Numbered from the stretch's first letter, positions 1-9,625 are shown. The stretch: DNA of 64,000 nt from an archaeon (GCA_023259115.1 JAHFQW010000004.1:12768-76767); one strand, 5' to 3'. Numbers and translations: made by a program. Notes: a model not told the origin generated them from the sequence alone.

Positions 1-527
1 AAGAAATCATACTAGAACATTTCACCCTGCGTAAACTAAAGTATTCTGATGCATCTTCTATCACAAAACACATCACAAGAGATATTGTTCGCTACGTTTC
101 AAATATTCCCTACCCCTACACAGAACAGCATGGAAAAGACTTTGTACAACGTAGCAGAAAAAACTGGAAGAATAAAACAGAACTAGTGTATGGCATTGAA
201 ATCAATAACCAGATTGTTGGAATTTGCAGTCTTACAGATATCAGTCAAACAAATCGCCATGCAACAATAGGCTACTGGCTCGCCCAAGAATATTGGGGGA
301 AGAAGATTATCACCCAAGCCGCCACAAAAATCGTGGAAATTGCTTTCATAACTTTGAACCTTCACCGTATCACTGCTGAATGCTTTGAAGAAAATCTTGC
401 CTCAAAGCACATCATCGAAAAACTTGATTTCAGCTACGAAGGAACAAAACGAGATGCCCTCTACCGAGAAAATCACTGGCATAACATCTTGTGCTATAGC
501 CTGCTAGAAACAGAATATAAAAAATAA
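1..527 (+). CDS. GNAT family N-acetyltransferase (RimJ/RimL-like). The 5' end is truncated by the window edge: the reading frame is open back to base 3.
   Basis: The frame containing ORF 186..527 has no stop upstream to position 3. GNAT motif A region YWGKKIITQAATKIVEIAF and RimL-like C-terminal motif HRITAECFEENLASKHIIEKLDFSYEGTKRD. Confidence 0.65.
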   Translation, partial: EIILEHFTLRKLKYSDASSITKHITRDIVRYVSNIPYPYTEQHGKDFVQRSRKNWKNKTELVYGIEINNQIVGICSLTDISQTNRHATIGYWLAQEYWGKKIITQAATKIVEIAFITLNLHRITAECFEENLASKHIIEKLDFSYEGTKRDALYRENHWHNILCYSLLETEYKK

Positions 528-572
528 AGAAATAGAGATAAGATAATAAAGAACTTTTACACTCTTCATTAA

Positions 573-821
573 TTATTGTGTCACATTATCTAACTCATCC
601 AAATTAATATTCTGCTCTGAATCTGCTGATATCGTATCTAAATCATTTAAATCATTAACATTCTGTGTAATCTGCTGTTCTTCTACACTCACCGCCTCAC
701 CCGTTGCCACAGCTTGCGTATTTTGCTCAGGAGATGATTGCGCTCCTGGTTTTGAACAGCCTGCAATAAGCAGTAAACCCATCAGTAATCCAATCATTGT
801 TAATAGACATAATTTATTCAT
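573..821 (-). CDS. small lipoprotein with an acidic C-terminal tail
   Basis: Internal Met start MNKLCLLTMIGLLMGLLLIAGC gives a signal peptide with a LIAGC lipobox, and a GGTGA Shine-Dalgarno lies 6 nt upstream. The longer ORF start at 878 is probably spurious. Confidence 0.5.
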   Translation of the reverse strand: MNKLCLLTMIGLLMGLLLIAGCSKPGAQSSPEQNTQAVATGEAVSVEEQQITQNVNDLNDLDTISADSEQNINLDELDNVTQ

Positions 822-842
822 AATAATCACCCGTACATTTAA

Positions 843-885
843 TAGTAAACTGCCATAGAAATCAAGTATTCTAAGCAATTTCAGT
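843..885. repeat. degenerate partial copy of family 1 (left half)
   Basis: TAGTAAACTGCCATAGAAATCAAGTATTCTAAGCAATTTC. A further fragment lies at 30659..30690. Confidence 0.4.
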
Positions 886-918
886 AAAATTAAAAATAAA
901 AATATATATAAAACTTAC

Positions 919-2178
919 TTAACCCTGCGCAGTAGCACTAACGCTGACATTGGCTTGATGTTCATCAGACTCATTCTTTTCTCCTTGTTCATCAGCTTTT
1001 TCAGACACACCTGCCTTCTGAGCCAATTCTTTGTACAAAGACAAGAATCGTCGCAAGATTTCTTTAGACTGTTCCAAATCATCTTTCACTGTTGTTTGCG
1101 CCGCATGCCATGCATCACGTGCAGAATCTTTATTTTCAGCAGCTCTCCACGCATCCAACGAACTTGTTCGGTCTGCATCTAATTTCTTCTGCGCATCCAC
1201 AAACTCCGCTTTAATCTTCTCCAAATCGGTTGTATCAACACTTTTTGATTTCAAATGATCAATTCTTGTCTGCATGGATGTCGCATATTGCGCATGATTC
1301 TCCCCCACATGCTCCATCTTCGATGTTGTCAACTCACCAATAATTTTTCGTTGCGATTCAGTCACATCTTGCCATATTTTCTTCAATTCTTTAACTGCAT
1401 CTTTGAGTTGAACATTGGTAACATTAGCACTCTGAGCTAACGTTTGTACTTTCTCTTTTTCTACCGTTAACGAAACCTCAGATGCATCAATCTGCGCTAA
1501 AACTCGAGTCTTATCTGCATCATTCAACGTAGTGGACGCTTGCACATGCGCTTTCAGACGAGCCAAAGAGCTATCAATTAGATTAATTGTATTTTCAAGA
1601 TGTTTTAAAACGCCTTTCTTAACATCATCTTTCTTGGCTTTACAATCTGCACTATCTTTAGCGCATCCTTGTGCTTCATCACGCAACTTAAGCAAATTAT
1701 TGCGCTCTGTGGTATACTCCTCACGTATTTCTTTATGCTTTTCCACCGCTGTCTTGAACTCTTCTCTATACTTCTTCACGTTCTCTTTAAACGCATCCAT
1801 TTTTACTTTTTCATCATCTTTAATAGCTTTCAATGATGCTTTTTCAGCCACACGTTCTCCTTTTGTCTGTTCCTTAATTTTTTGCAACACGCTTTTCTTA
1901 TCCTCTTTACTCAAATTACCATCTTTAACCTCTTTCACCCCATCTAACTTGCGCATCTTAATTTCTTTAATTTTCTCTTTTTCAGTATTTATTTTATCTT
2001 TAATATCCGCTTTAATCACAGCTTTCTCATCCGCACTTACCCCTATATCTTTACTATTATAATTTGTATCACTTGCCTCTCTGCTCTCATTTCCTTCCGC
2101 CACCGCCATGTTCACAATACTTAATATAAATACTGCAAACACCGCAACCATAATTAAACGTTGTAATATTTTTGCCAT
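919..2178 (-). CDS. secreted Lys/Glu-rich coiled-coil protein (hypothetical)
   Basis: N-terminal signal peptide MAKILQRLIMVAVFAVFILSIVNMAVA followed by ~380 aa of charged, heptad-like, low-complexity sequence. Confidence 0.55.
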   Translation of the reverse strand: MAKILQRLIMVAVFAVFILSIVNMAVAEGNESREASDTNYNSKDIGVSADEKAVIKADIKDKINTEKEKIKEIKMRKLDGVKEVKDGNLSKEDKKSVLQKIKEQTKGERVAEKASLKAIKDDEKVKMDAFKENVKKYREEFKTAVEKHKEIREEYTTERNNLLKLRDEAQGCAKDSADCKAKKDDVKKGVLKHLENTINLIDSSLARLKAHVQASTTLNDADKTRVLAQIDASEVSLTVEKEKVQTLAQSANVTNVQLKDAVKELKKIWQDVTESQRKIIGELTTSKMEHVGENHAQYATSMQTRIDHLKSKSVDTTDLEKIKAEFVDAQKKLDADRTSSLDAWRAAENKDSARDAWHAAQTTVKDDLEQSKEILRRFLSLYKELAQKAGVSEKADEQGEKNESDEHQANVSVSATAQG

Positions 2179-2422
2179 TGTTTTTCCCCCATTTATTTTA
2201 TCATTTATTTATTCGACCATTCATTTGATGTACTCAATTCACTTAAAAGCACATCAAACTTCAAATCTCATACATCACAAGAAGCAAATTACTTTATAAA
2301 CATACTTTCACACACCCTTTAAAATAAGACAAATTATGACTTTTTAAACTTAATAAAGCTTAATTATAGCTTATTTTAAGAAATAAAGATAAAAAAATAA
2401 AAAAACATTCTCAAAACGACTC

Positions 2423-4390
2423 TTACGTATTCACCAGCACTTCCACATCTCGCCCAAAGATATCCTTCAGATTCTCGAAAATTGGTTCTTTGATAAACAC
2501 CCGTGGAGGGAATTTCAGACGCGCAATCTCTCGCTCCATCTCTTCCACCGAACTCTCTTCCAGTGTGCCTAAACTACCATCCGATTCAATAGGAGCTTTC
2601 TCAATACGCTGCTCTTTCGCATCCACGTCATGAATCACAAACGCAATTTTATCCAACAGGAGCACTTCGCCAAATTTGTTTCCATGCTTCACTTTAATAC
2701 GCGTTCTCTCAAGCTCACGTCCACGTTTGCGCTGCAAATACTCAACTAAAAACGTAATTAAGCCACTGCTGCCTTTGCGCGCATTCTCAACACCCACTTT
2801 ATCCAGTTTCTTAGTATCGTATTTCTTCTTCGCATCCACAATCTCATTCAAATCACGTAAATAACGATCAGGGATTTTACCCGTTGACACGAGCTCTTTC
2901 TCAAACAATCCCACTATTTCCGAATCATTTGCCCGCTCAACTCCTTCGAGCTTCAATACATCACGAATAATCGTGATAATCTCATCATAGAGCACAACAA
3001 TACTCTTCTCATTGTGTCTATTCTCAATCTCTTTAAACAATTCGCCAATGCGCTTCAAAAACTTCTCCGCATTGGTAATCAACTCATCTAACTCTGTTCC
3101 CGTTAATTCTTTCTTATCCCCATGCTCGATTTTTTTGCGGATATCCACATTATTCTTCAAAATTGTAATGTACTCAGGTTCAAGCAATTTCTCTTTTTTG
3201 ACGAAAATCTCTTCCATCACTTCCGGCGTCTCTCGCGGCGTGGGTGGCGGCAGACCATATAACATAATTGCTGCCTGACTTGGCGTCAAAATCGCATAAT
3301 ACGTATCCTCCATACCCATATCTTTCAACCGCAGCTTGAGGCGTGAAATACTCTGCTCTCCCGTGCTCATGAATAAATCAATCGCTTCTCGTGAAGGCTT
3401 GATTCTGCCCATGCGCAGCAGCTGTTTCCAAGGCATAAAAATACCCCGATCATAAAACGGCACCCCATCCCGCAGCAACGTAAAAATGATGGGATTTGCT
3501 TCTTTGAGTGACTCCCAGAAATCTGTTAAGATATACACTTGAATATTTAACTTATTCTTAATTCCCGTAATCTCTCCTGCTTCCGCACCCATGCCAATAA
3601 TAATTGCGCGCAACTTATCTTTCAACTCCACACGTGTCATCTTCTTGACATCTGTATCATCAATCACAATCCACACATCAATATCAGAAGTTGCCGTAGC
3701 CCGGCCCTGTGTTAAACTGCCCGCGAGCACATAACTCAGAATATACTTCTCAAACTTTTTAATCACCATACTCTTATGAATCTCTGCAATCTTAATTGCC
3801 GCAAGCATGCCTGAATCATAAATCGGCGCCCCCAGCGCAATCATTCTATTCAAATCATACTTTGCATCATAACAATTCTGCCACAAATCTGTAAGCAAAA
3901 TACTCTGCGGTACTAAATCTTTATCCACATCTTCCCCTATCTTCTTAATAATCGTTGAAAATTTCTGATACAACTCATCTTTCGTCATCGTCTTTGATGT
4001 CGTATCATCCACCACCACAAGCACATTAATCTTTTTCTCATCAATTGGCTCTTTCTTTGCAGGTTCAGCGCTCGCCATCTCAGCGCCACGTTCTCCTCCC
4101 TCACTACCTGCTCCCTCTCTTTCTTGTGGCACTGCTTTCTCCGGAGGTAATAACGTAATTCCCACAATATAATCACCAAACTTCTCAAGCACTTTCTCTT
4201 TAAATACATCCAACTTCTCTTTGAGAACTTTAAGCTTCTTCTCTAATTCCGGTGGCAACTTAGGCATTGGCGGCATACCCGGCATTGCTGCCTGCTCTGG
4301 TAACCCACTACGAACTGCACTTCCCCCTTCCTCCTCTTGCTTTCCCACTGCTTTAATCGACTTTGGTTGCATTGATGTTTTCTTTGCCAT
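2423..4390 (-). CDS. protein with tandem nucleotidyltransferase (Pol-beta superfamily) modules and a Pro-rich N-terminus
   Basis: Canonical NTase motif LAGSLTQGRATATSDIDVWIVIDD, plus an upstream degenerate duplicate INVLVVVDDTTSKTMTKDEL. Both are followed by similar LTD(L/F)W... segments. Confidence 0.5.
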   Translation of the reverse strand: MAKKTSMQPKSIKAVGKQEEEGGSAVRSGLPEQAAMPGMPPMPKLPPELEKKLKVLKEKLDVFKEKVLEKFGDYIVGITLLPPEKAVPQEREGAGSEGGERGAEMASAEPAKKEPIDEKKINVLVVVDDTTSKTMTKDELYQKFSTIIKKIGEDVDKDLVPQSILLTDLWQNCYDAKYDLNRMIALGAPIYDSGMLAAIKIAEIHKSMVIKKFEKYILSYVLAGSLTQGRATATSDIDVWIVIDDTDVKKMTRVELKDKLRAIIIGMGAEAGEITGIKNKLNIQVYILTDFWESLKEANPIIFTLLRDGVPFYDRGIFMPWKQLLRMGRIKPSREAIDLFMSTGEQSISRLKLRLKDMGMEDTYYAILTPSQAAIMLYGLPPPTPRETPEVMEEIFVKKEKLLEPEYITILKNNVDIRKKIEHGDKKELTGTELDELITNAEKFLKRIGELFKEIENRHNEKSIVVLYDEIITIIRDVLKLEGVERANDSEIVGLFEKELVSTGKIPDRYLRDLNEIVDAKKKYDTKKLDKVGVENARKGSSGLITFLVEYLQRKRGRELERTRIKVKHGNKFGEVLLLDKIAFVIHDVDAKEQRIEKAPIESDGSLGTLEESSVEEMEREIARLKFPPRVFIKEPIFENLKDIFGRDVEVLVNT

Positions 4391-4419
4391 AATAACTTTC
4401 CCCCTTCAAATATGATTTA

Positions 4420-4510
4420 TAGTAAATTGCCCTGAAACCAAACATCCTAGGCAATTTCTATATATTGAAATTCGCAACATTTTGTTCGATTTCTTGCGAA
4501 TTTCACTATA
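4420..4510. repeat. intergenic two-hairpin repeat, copy A (family 1)
   Basis: TAGTAAATTGCC...GGCAATTT forms hairpin 1 (4424..4457). GAAATTCGCAA-cattttgttcgatttc-TTGCGAATTTC forms hairpin 2 (4467..4504). Ends CACTATA. Confidence 0.7.
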
Positions 4511-4665
4511 ATTATAGTAAACTACACAGTTACGCGTCAAACAATACCTACTGCGACAATTATATCATTCAATACATCACATGATTTCTCAACTTATAAT
4601 CTTATGCTTTATAAAGCCATCGTACTGAGACATTTTGGTCAAACTACCTTTTTCAAATTACAGTA

Positions 4666-4718
4666 ATCACTTTAAAGTAACAAAATAAACGAAACATTTA
4701 TATATAAGCCTCACTTTT
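4666..4718 (+). promoter_or_regulatory. shared promoter module, copy a (upstream motif plus BRE/TATA)
   Basis: TCACTTTAAAGTAACAAAATAAACGAAACATTTATATATAAGCCTCACTT. The TATA box TTTATATA is preceded by BRE-like CGAAA, ~80 nt upstream of the 4790 ATG. Confidence 0.6.
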
Positions 4719-4789
4719 AGGACAATATCAAGATAAAAACATCAAAATACCATAAATTATAAATACACAAAAGAGAGGTATACCCAACC

Positions 4790-5368
4790 ATGTCCGTAAC
4801 AGACTATCTTACCGCAAGGAGAACAGGAGAAGTCCTCAACGACACATTACTACACACCGCAGTAAGCGCATATGTCAAAGCAGAAGAAGCTCTCATCGGT
4901 GCAGACGGCTTAGTTGATAAATCAAAACTCAAAGATCCCTCTACTCGTAAAAATATAAGTTCTATTGTATATAGCTCATTAGTAGGATTCTCTCTTGCCT
5001 ATTTTGGTGCCACCACCGCAGACGAAACACGTCAAGAACAACTTGCATTTGGTTTATTTGGCATGAACACATCTGCCATTGGAAAATACGTGGATGACAA
5101 TCAAGAAAAAGCAGGTATTTTCGAATTCCTCAATTACGCACAGCGCAACACACCTTTTGGCTACTTCATGCGCCAAAACAGCAGTGATCGACCAAAAACC
5201 AAATTAGAAATGAGCGACGCAGATGAAGTAGTAACCATCACAAAAACAACAGGCGTAGTTGATCCTACAAAATTAACTCTTGATGAAATGGTAGAACTCT
5301 TAGATGAGCATGATACCCAAGGTGCCATTCGCCCTGCATTTTTGAAGGGCAAGCACTACGCCGTTTAA
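4790..5368 (+). CDS. hypothetical protein
   Basis: ORF with a GAGAGGT Shine-Dalgarno 8 nt upstream, preceded by the shared promoter module (4666..4718). Confidence 0.5.
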   Translation: MSVTDYLTARRTGEVLNDTLLHTAVSAYVKAEEALIGADGLVDKSKLKDPSTRKNISSIVYSSLVGFSLAYFGATTADETRQEQLAFGLFGMNTSAIGKYVDDNQEKAGIFEFLNYAQRNTPFGYFMRQNSSDRPKTKLEMSDADEVVTITKTTGVVDPTKLTLDEMVELLDEHDTQGAIRPAFLKGKHYAV

Positions 5369-5396
5369 GAACTAGAAAAAACCTAGAGGAAAAAAC

Positions 5397-6374
5397 ATGG
5401 CAACCCTCTATGGTATTCTTTCTGATTTTCATCGCACCTCACCAACCACTATAAACAGGGCTCTAGAATCCCTAAAAACCGCAGGAGCGCAATATCTGAT
5501 TCTCAATGGAGACTTAACCGGTGAACAGAACGCCCACAAGATTCCCCCTCCGCAGTACCTCGACTACCTTCTCAAAGCCGCTGCCGATACCAATTTAGAA
5601 ACCTACGCCCAATTTGGTAGCCACGAAGAATTTTTCTCAAGTGAAGAAGTCATCAGACAAAAATCCAGATTGTATGGCAACATCATCCACATCAGTAGCC
5701 AACAAACAATAAAAATCAACGATCATTATCTCTTATTTCTCCCCGGTTCCGATGTGAATAGCGGAGGTGAATATACTCTAGGTACCGATTTACCTTCAGG
5801 AGTGTATCTCAGAACAAACAAAGGATTACAACAAATAGAAAGTAAAGAACACTACGCCACCTGCCAACAACTCATCCAAAACAAACAAGCCCAAGGCATG
5901 CTCCACTATGAAAACACCAACGACCTAAAAGTCCACGCCACAGATCCAGAAAAAACAATTCTCATCTGCCATATACCTCCATTAAGTTCTGGCAAACTCG
6001 CCATCGATCGAGCCCAATTTGGCGTAGCCAAAGAATCATTCACATTAGATAAACGACCCATCCATGCAGGAAGTATTTTCCCCTATCCCACCGCCAGAGA
6101 TCTCATAGGATACGGCGCCCCTATCGAAATGAAAGATGAAAACGTCGGTAATAAAGAACTCTCAGACATCATGCAAACACTAGGAATCACCAAAGCCATC
6201 TGTGGCCACATCCACGAAGCATCGCAACGCGCCCACGACACCCAAAGCAACCCTATTCCCCAACACACCTACACTCCCTCCTTACTCTGGAACGCCAGCT
6301 GTATGGACAAATCACGAATAGGTCTCCTCACCGTCCAAGACAACCAAGTATCCTATCAAAATAGTACATTCTAA
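5397..6374 (+). CDS. metallophosphoesterase (calcineurin-like phosphoesterase)
   Basis: Motifs LILNGDLTG, ICHIPP and ICGHIHE (GDxx, GNHE-like and GHxH). GAGG Shine-Dalgarno upstream. Confidence 0.6.
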   Translation: MATLYGILSDFHRTSPTTINRALESLKTAGAQYLILNGDLTGEQNAHKIPPPQYLDYLLKAAADTNLETYAQFGSHEEFFSSEEVIRQKSRLYGNIIHISSQQTIKINDHYLLFLPGSDVNSGGEYTLGTDLPSGVYLRTNKGLQQIESKEHYATCQQLIQNKQAQGMLHYENTNDLKVHATDPEKTILICHIPPLSSGKLAIDRAQFGVAKESFTLDKRPIHAGSIFPYPTARDLIGYGAPIEMKDENVGNKELSDIMQTLGITKAICGHIHEASQRAHDTQSNPIPQHTYTPSLLWNASCMDKSRIGLLTVQDNQVSYQNSTF

Positions 6375-6472
6375 ATAATTTCTTAAACCTAGCATCGCTT
6401 AACCATCTCAAAAATCTATCTTCTCCCCTTCCGAAAAGCTTATAATACTCTCTTGCCCATCTCCCAAATTAG

Positions 6473-7111
6473 ATGGCAAAAAAAGAGGAAGAAGATAAAA
6501 CACCCTACATTACCAAGCACAAGAAACTCTACCAAAGTGCCACAAAACTTCTCGATACCATCTCCCACGCTCATACCGAGGCATACGTAACAGCCGTCAA
6601 CAAACACCTTCTTGATGAAAACGGGCAAGTTATTTACGACAAACTTCTCGACAACACCATTCAACAACAATTCACCAAAACCATGTCTGATTTTTATCTA
6701 GGCAAAGCACAGAAACATTTCAAAATTGAAAAAAATCTTGATGATTTAAGTAAAGACCTCTTAATGCAAGCATATGCCGGAGTAACCAGTAGTACACTAA
6801 AAGATCTCGTCACAAGATACAATAAACGTTTAACCCATCAGCAATTTGAGCAAGTGAAGGGCCAAATCCAACAACGCATCTCCCAACAACTCTATGGTGC
6901 AGCGGGTTCCCATCTTGAAACCTCAAACATTCCCGACATTGTCAAACACGTAGGCCTAGAAGCAAAAGTCAACAGCGATAAATTAGATATCGAAGAAGCG
7001 CGCCAACTCTTGCAAGTCTTCCATGAAGAAGGTAGTATTACCGATAATACTCTACGACAAATTCTCCCATCCTATAAAATAGGTAGCAAGAAAAAAGAAG
7101 AAAGAAAATAA
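6473..7111 (+). CDS. hypothetical protein
   Basis: 212-aa ORF with no recognisable motif. Confidence 0.4.
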   Translation: MAKKEEEDKTPYITKHKKLYQSATKLLDTISHAHTEAYVTAVNKHLLDENGQVIYDKLLDNTIQQQFTKTMSDFYLGKAQKHFKIEKNLDDLSKDLLMQAYAGVTSSTLKDLVTRYNKRLTHQQFEQVKGQIQQRISQQLYGAAGSHLETSNIPDIVKHVGLEAKVNSDKLDIEEARQLLQVFHEEGSITDNTLRQILPSYKIGSKKKEERK

Positions 7112-7141
7112 ATAAAATAGAAGTAAAACTCCTTCTTCAAT

Positions 7142-7459
7142 TCACTTCTCTCTCGGCCGAACATAAAATCTATCCACCCTACACTCATATGCACAACCTG
7201 TTGTCATAGACCACCCTTTATCCTGATAGGGTGCATATTCCCCCCTCCACCCTAACTTCGCTAAATAGTCATCTATCACCGGCAAATCATCCTGACAAAA
7301 CCCCATCAAACAGAACTCCCCTTCTAAATAAGTAATTCCCCCTATCCGTAGAGCAAAATCAATCTCCCGCTCTAATGATTGCACCTGTTTCACTCGCAAT
7401 TCTGTTGCTCTTTTCTGTTCAATATTTTGGTCTAAATCCTTGGGTAATGCAACTACCAT
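7142..7459 (-). CDS. hypothetical protein
   Basis: 105-aa ORF. Confidence 0.35.
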   Translation of the reverse strand: MVVALPKDLDQNIEQKRATELRVKQVQSLEREIDFALRIGGITYLEGEFCLMGFCQDDLPVIDDYLAKLGWRGEYAPYQDKGWSMTTGCAYECRVDRFYVRPREK

Positions 7460-7476
7460 ATTCTCAATCCTCCAAT

Positions 7477-7524
7477 TATAGAGGACTTTGAATAACCCAT
7501 ATACTCCTCAAAATTCAAAGTCCT
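7477..7524. mobile_element. related short palindromic element (variant core), immediately adjacent to the previous one
   Basis: TAGAGGACTTTGAAT ... ATTCAAAGTCCT forms a 12-bp perfect inverted repeat. A second copy lies at 62678..62726. Confidence 0.55.
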
Positions 7525-7575
7525 TCTTAGAGGGGTTTGACAAGTTTTATAGGGTTAATCAAACCCCTCTATATC
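7525..7575. mobile_element. short (~50 bp) internally deleted MITE derivative
   Basis: TAGAGGGGTTTGA...TCAAACCCCTCTA is a perfect 13-bp inverted repeat flanking CAAGTTTTATAGGGTTAA, the same internal ends as the full-length element. Confidence 0.65.
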
Positions 7576-7769
7576 TAGCATCTCAATCAACACAAAACCA
7601 AAAAAACAGAGTGCCCGCCCTCTCTTGCAAGAGAACGGACACCTTCCTTGGCGGAAGTGGAAACTATACTCACTCGCATAAATAATTGAGCAATACTTGC
7701 TCGTTCGTAATAAGCAAAGAACATATCTATTGCTCAACTATTTGTGTTCTTTGCTATAATAATAAAGTA

Positions 7770-8480
7770 TCAACTAATCTTTGGCAATTCTTTTTTCACG
7801 TAATCAAGCAACGTCACAAACCCCGCCGCTCGTAATTTTCTCCCCTCCTCACGTTCAACAATATACGGCGGATTGAGCAAAAACAATTGCTTCTTCCCAT
7901 CATAGCCTAACTCGCATAACGTCTGCGCCAAAAATTTCACATCCCTCAATTCTCGTGCCACACCCTCCGTCACCGCTGCCTCAACACGATAATCTAATCC
8001 AATAAAACCACTCTTCATATCACCCACATTAATCCAGCGCACCGCATTGCCAAACACCTGCACATTGTTCTCAGGCTCCCACATCACACCGTTAAACTGC
8101 CCATCCATCGCTTCAATATGATGTGCCGTACTGCCCGCAATCATCAGCGTTCGACCAGTCTCACGTTCTGTCACACCTTTCATAAACGACATCTCGATAT
8201 ACATATCAAACGCCCGATCATTACGTTCACAACGCATCAGCACTCGTCTGCCATCAAGATTGTATCCTAGCAAATTGCCATCAATTTTATACAACCGCTC
8301 AACTCGCTCCAATCGTCTACTACGCGAAACCTCTCCGCCTTCTATTCGTCCCACTAACGCCACCAAACGTCCTTCTTCACGCACCACCGGTGGACGATAT
8401 ATCTCTCGTGGTGGTTCATAACTCACTCCACCTCCTCGCCAATCTGATTTGAAAACCATGGTAATCTCCCCATCCGCCAA
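7770..8480 (-). CDS. hypothetical protein with a C-terminal NPPY motif (possible methyltransferase-like)
   Basis: LFLLNPPYIV resembles the catalytic motif IV of N-methyltransferases, but no clear GxGxG SAM motif is visible. Confidence 0.35.
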   Translation of the reverse strand: MADGEITMVFKSDWRGGGVSYEPPREIYRPPVVREEGRLVALVGRIEGGEVSRSRRLERVERLYKIDGNLLGYNLDGRRVLMRCERNDRAFDMYIEMSFMKGVTERETGRTLMIAGSTAHHIEAMDGQFNGVMWEPENNVQVFGNAVRWINVGDMKSGFIGLDYRVEAAVTEGVARELRDVKFLAQTLCELGYDGKKQLFLLNPPYIVEREEGRKLRAAGFVTLLDYVKKELPKIS

Positions 8481-8509
8481 AGAAAAGAGACAACACCCCC
8501 AAAAACCAA

Positions 8510-9523
8510 TTACAACCTATGCCACTCTCCTTCGCGCGCCATCTCCACATTGACTGCTCTCTTGCCTAATTTTCCCGCAATCTCAACCGCAGCTGTTTTA
8601 GCCCGCTCAAACAATCCATCATAATACATATCACTCATCTTTGGTTCATAATGTGTCAACATCAGCGTATCTACTCCTGCCATTGTTGCCATCATCAAAT
8701 CCGTATAGTAATCACTATGTCCCCACGTTGGCATAAATTTATTTTCCGTATACGGCGAACCTCGTGGCTCATATTGTGCATCTGCAACAACCAAATTTGC
8801 GCCGCGCCAAAACTCAATTACTTTCTCATCAAACCCATTCTCATCCGGTTCAAAATCTGTTGAAAACACCATCATTTTCTTTGAACCATCGTTTTTCTTC
8901 TCCGTCAATCGATACGCAATACTATTTCCCGGATGATTCAGCGCTAACGTATCAATGCTCAAATTCCCTTTTTCATATATTTTCATACCTGCAATAAAAT
9001 CATTGTACTGTTGAACTCCTCGCAGTGCTTCAAGTGGTGCCGGAAAATTTCGAAAACTCTGTTGATTCTGTAGCACTTTCTGTAAGCCCTCTCCCTCAAC
9101 ACACAACAATCCAGGAAAATAACCCGGCTGATCAGAATGCTCCCGAATAGCCGCTTCTAACGACAACTTCACCCCATCATGTACACCTCGCACTTTCGCC
9201 TCCCCAAACACCGTAATCTTATTGCCAGGAACATACGCTGGTCCAAAAAAAGGTATTCCTTGAATATGATCCCAATGTGTGTGCGTAATATACAAGTTCA
9301 ATTCTCGCCCTTGCCCATTAAACCCGCCTTGTGATGCCAAATACACCCCTAAATCTCGAATACCCGTTCCCGCATCAAGAATATGTTGCGACCCATCATC
9401 TGCCTCAACATACACGCACGTCGTATTTCCACCATATTTTGACGTCTCCACCCGTCGTTCAAACAACGTATTTCCCGTAGGTGTTGGTATAGATCCTCTC
9501 ACTCCTGCAATGCCGATTTTCAT
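8510..9523 (-). CDS. metallo-beta-lactamase fold hydrolase
   Basis: HxHxDH motif in YITHTHWDHIQGIPFFGP. Confidence 0.65.
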   Translation of the reverse strand: MKIGIAGVRGSIPTPTGNTLFERRVETSKYGGNTTCVYVEADDGSQHILDAGTGIRDLGVYLASQGGFNGQGRELNLYITHTHWDHIQGIPFFGPAYVPGNKITVFGEAKVRGVHDGVKLSLEAAIREHSDQPGYFPGLLCVEGEGLQKVLQNQQSFRNFPAPLEALRGVQQYNDFIAGMKIYEKGNLSIDTLALNHPGNSIAYRLTEKKNDGSKKMMVFSTDFEPDENGFDEKVIEFWRGANLVVADAQYEPRGSPYTENKFMPTWGHSDYYTDLMMATMAGVDTLMLTHYEPKMSDMYYDGLFERAKTAAVEIAGKLGKRAVNVEMAREGEWHRL

Positions 9524-9625
9524 AGTCGTCTCCCTCCCGCCAAGGTATAATTTTTTTTGTTTTCATATAATTTATTTTTATTTCTTGTTTGTTTCATGTT
9601 TGGTATCTCTGGTGTTGTTATTCTA

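Noticed and set aside
955-2062. Plus-strand ORFs (75, 75, 61 and 176 aa) inside the coiled-coil gene
   Set aside because: They lie antisense to the 419-aa minus-strand ORF, have low-complexity Ser/Leu/Phe-rich translations typical of the reverse strand of a Lys/Glu-rich gene, and carry no start context.
7488-7737. ORFs 7488..7685(+) and 7555..7737(-)
   Set aside because: They overlap the MITE derivatives and the structured GC-rich segment. The translations are repeat-derived with no ribosome-binding site.
7770-8480. Calling this ORF a HemK/N6-adenine methyltransferase
   Set aside because: Only the NPPY motif is present. No SAM-binding GxGxG motif is seen upstream, so the call is kept as hypothetical.
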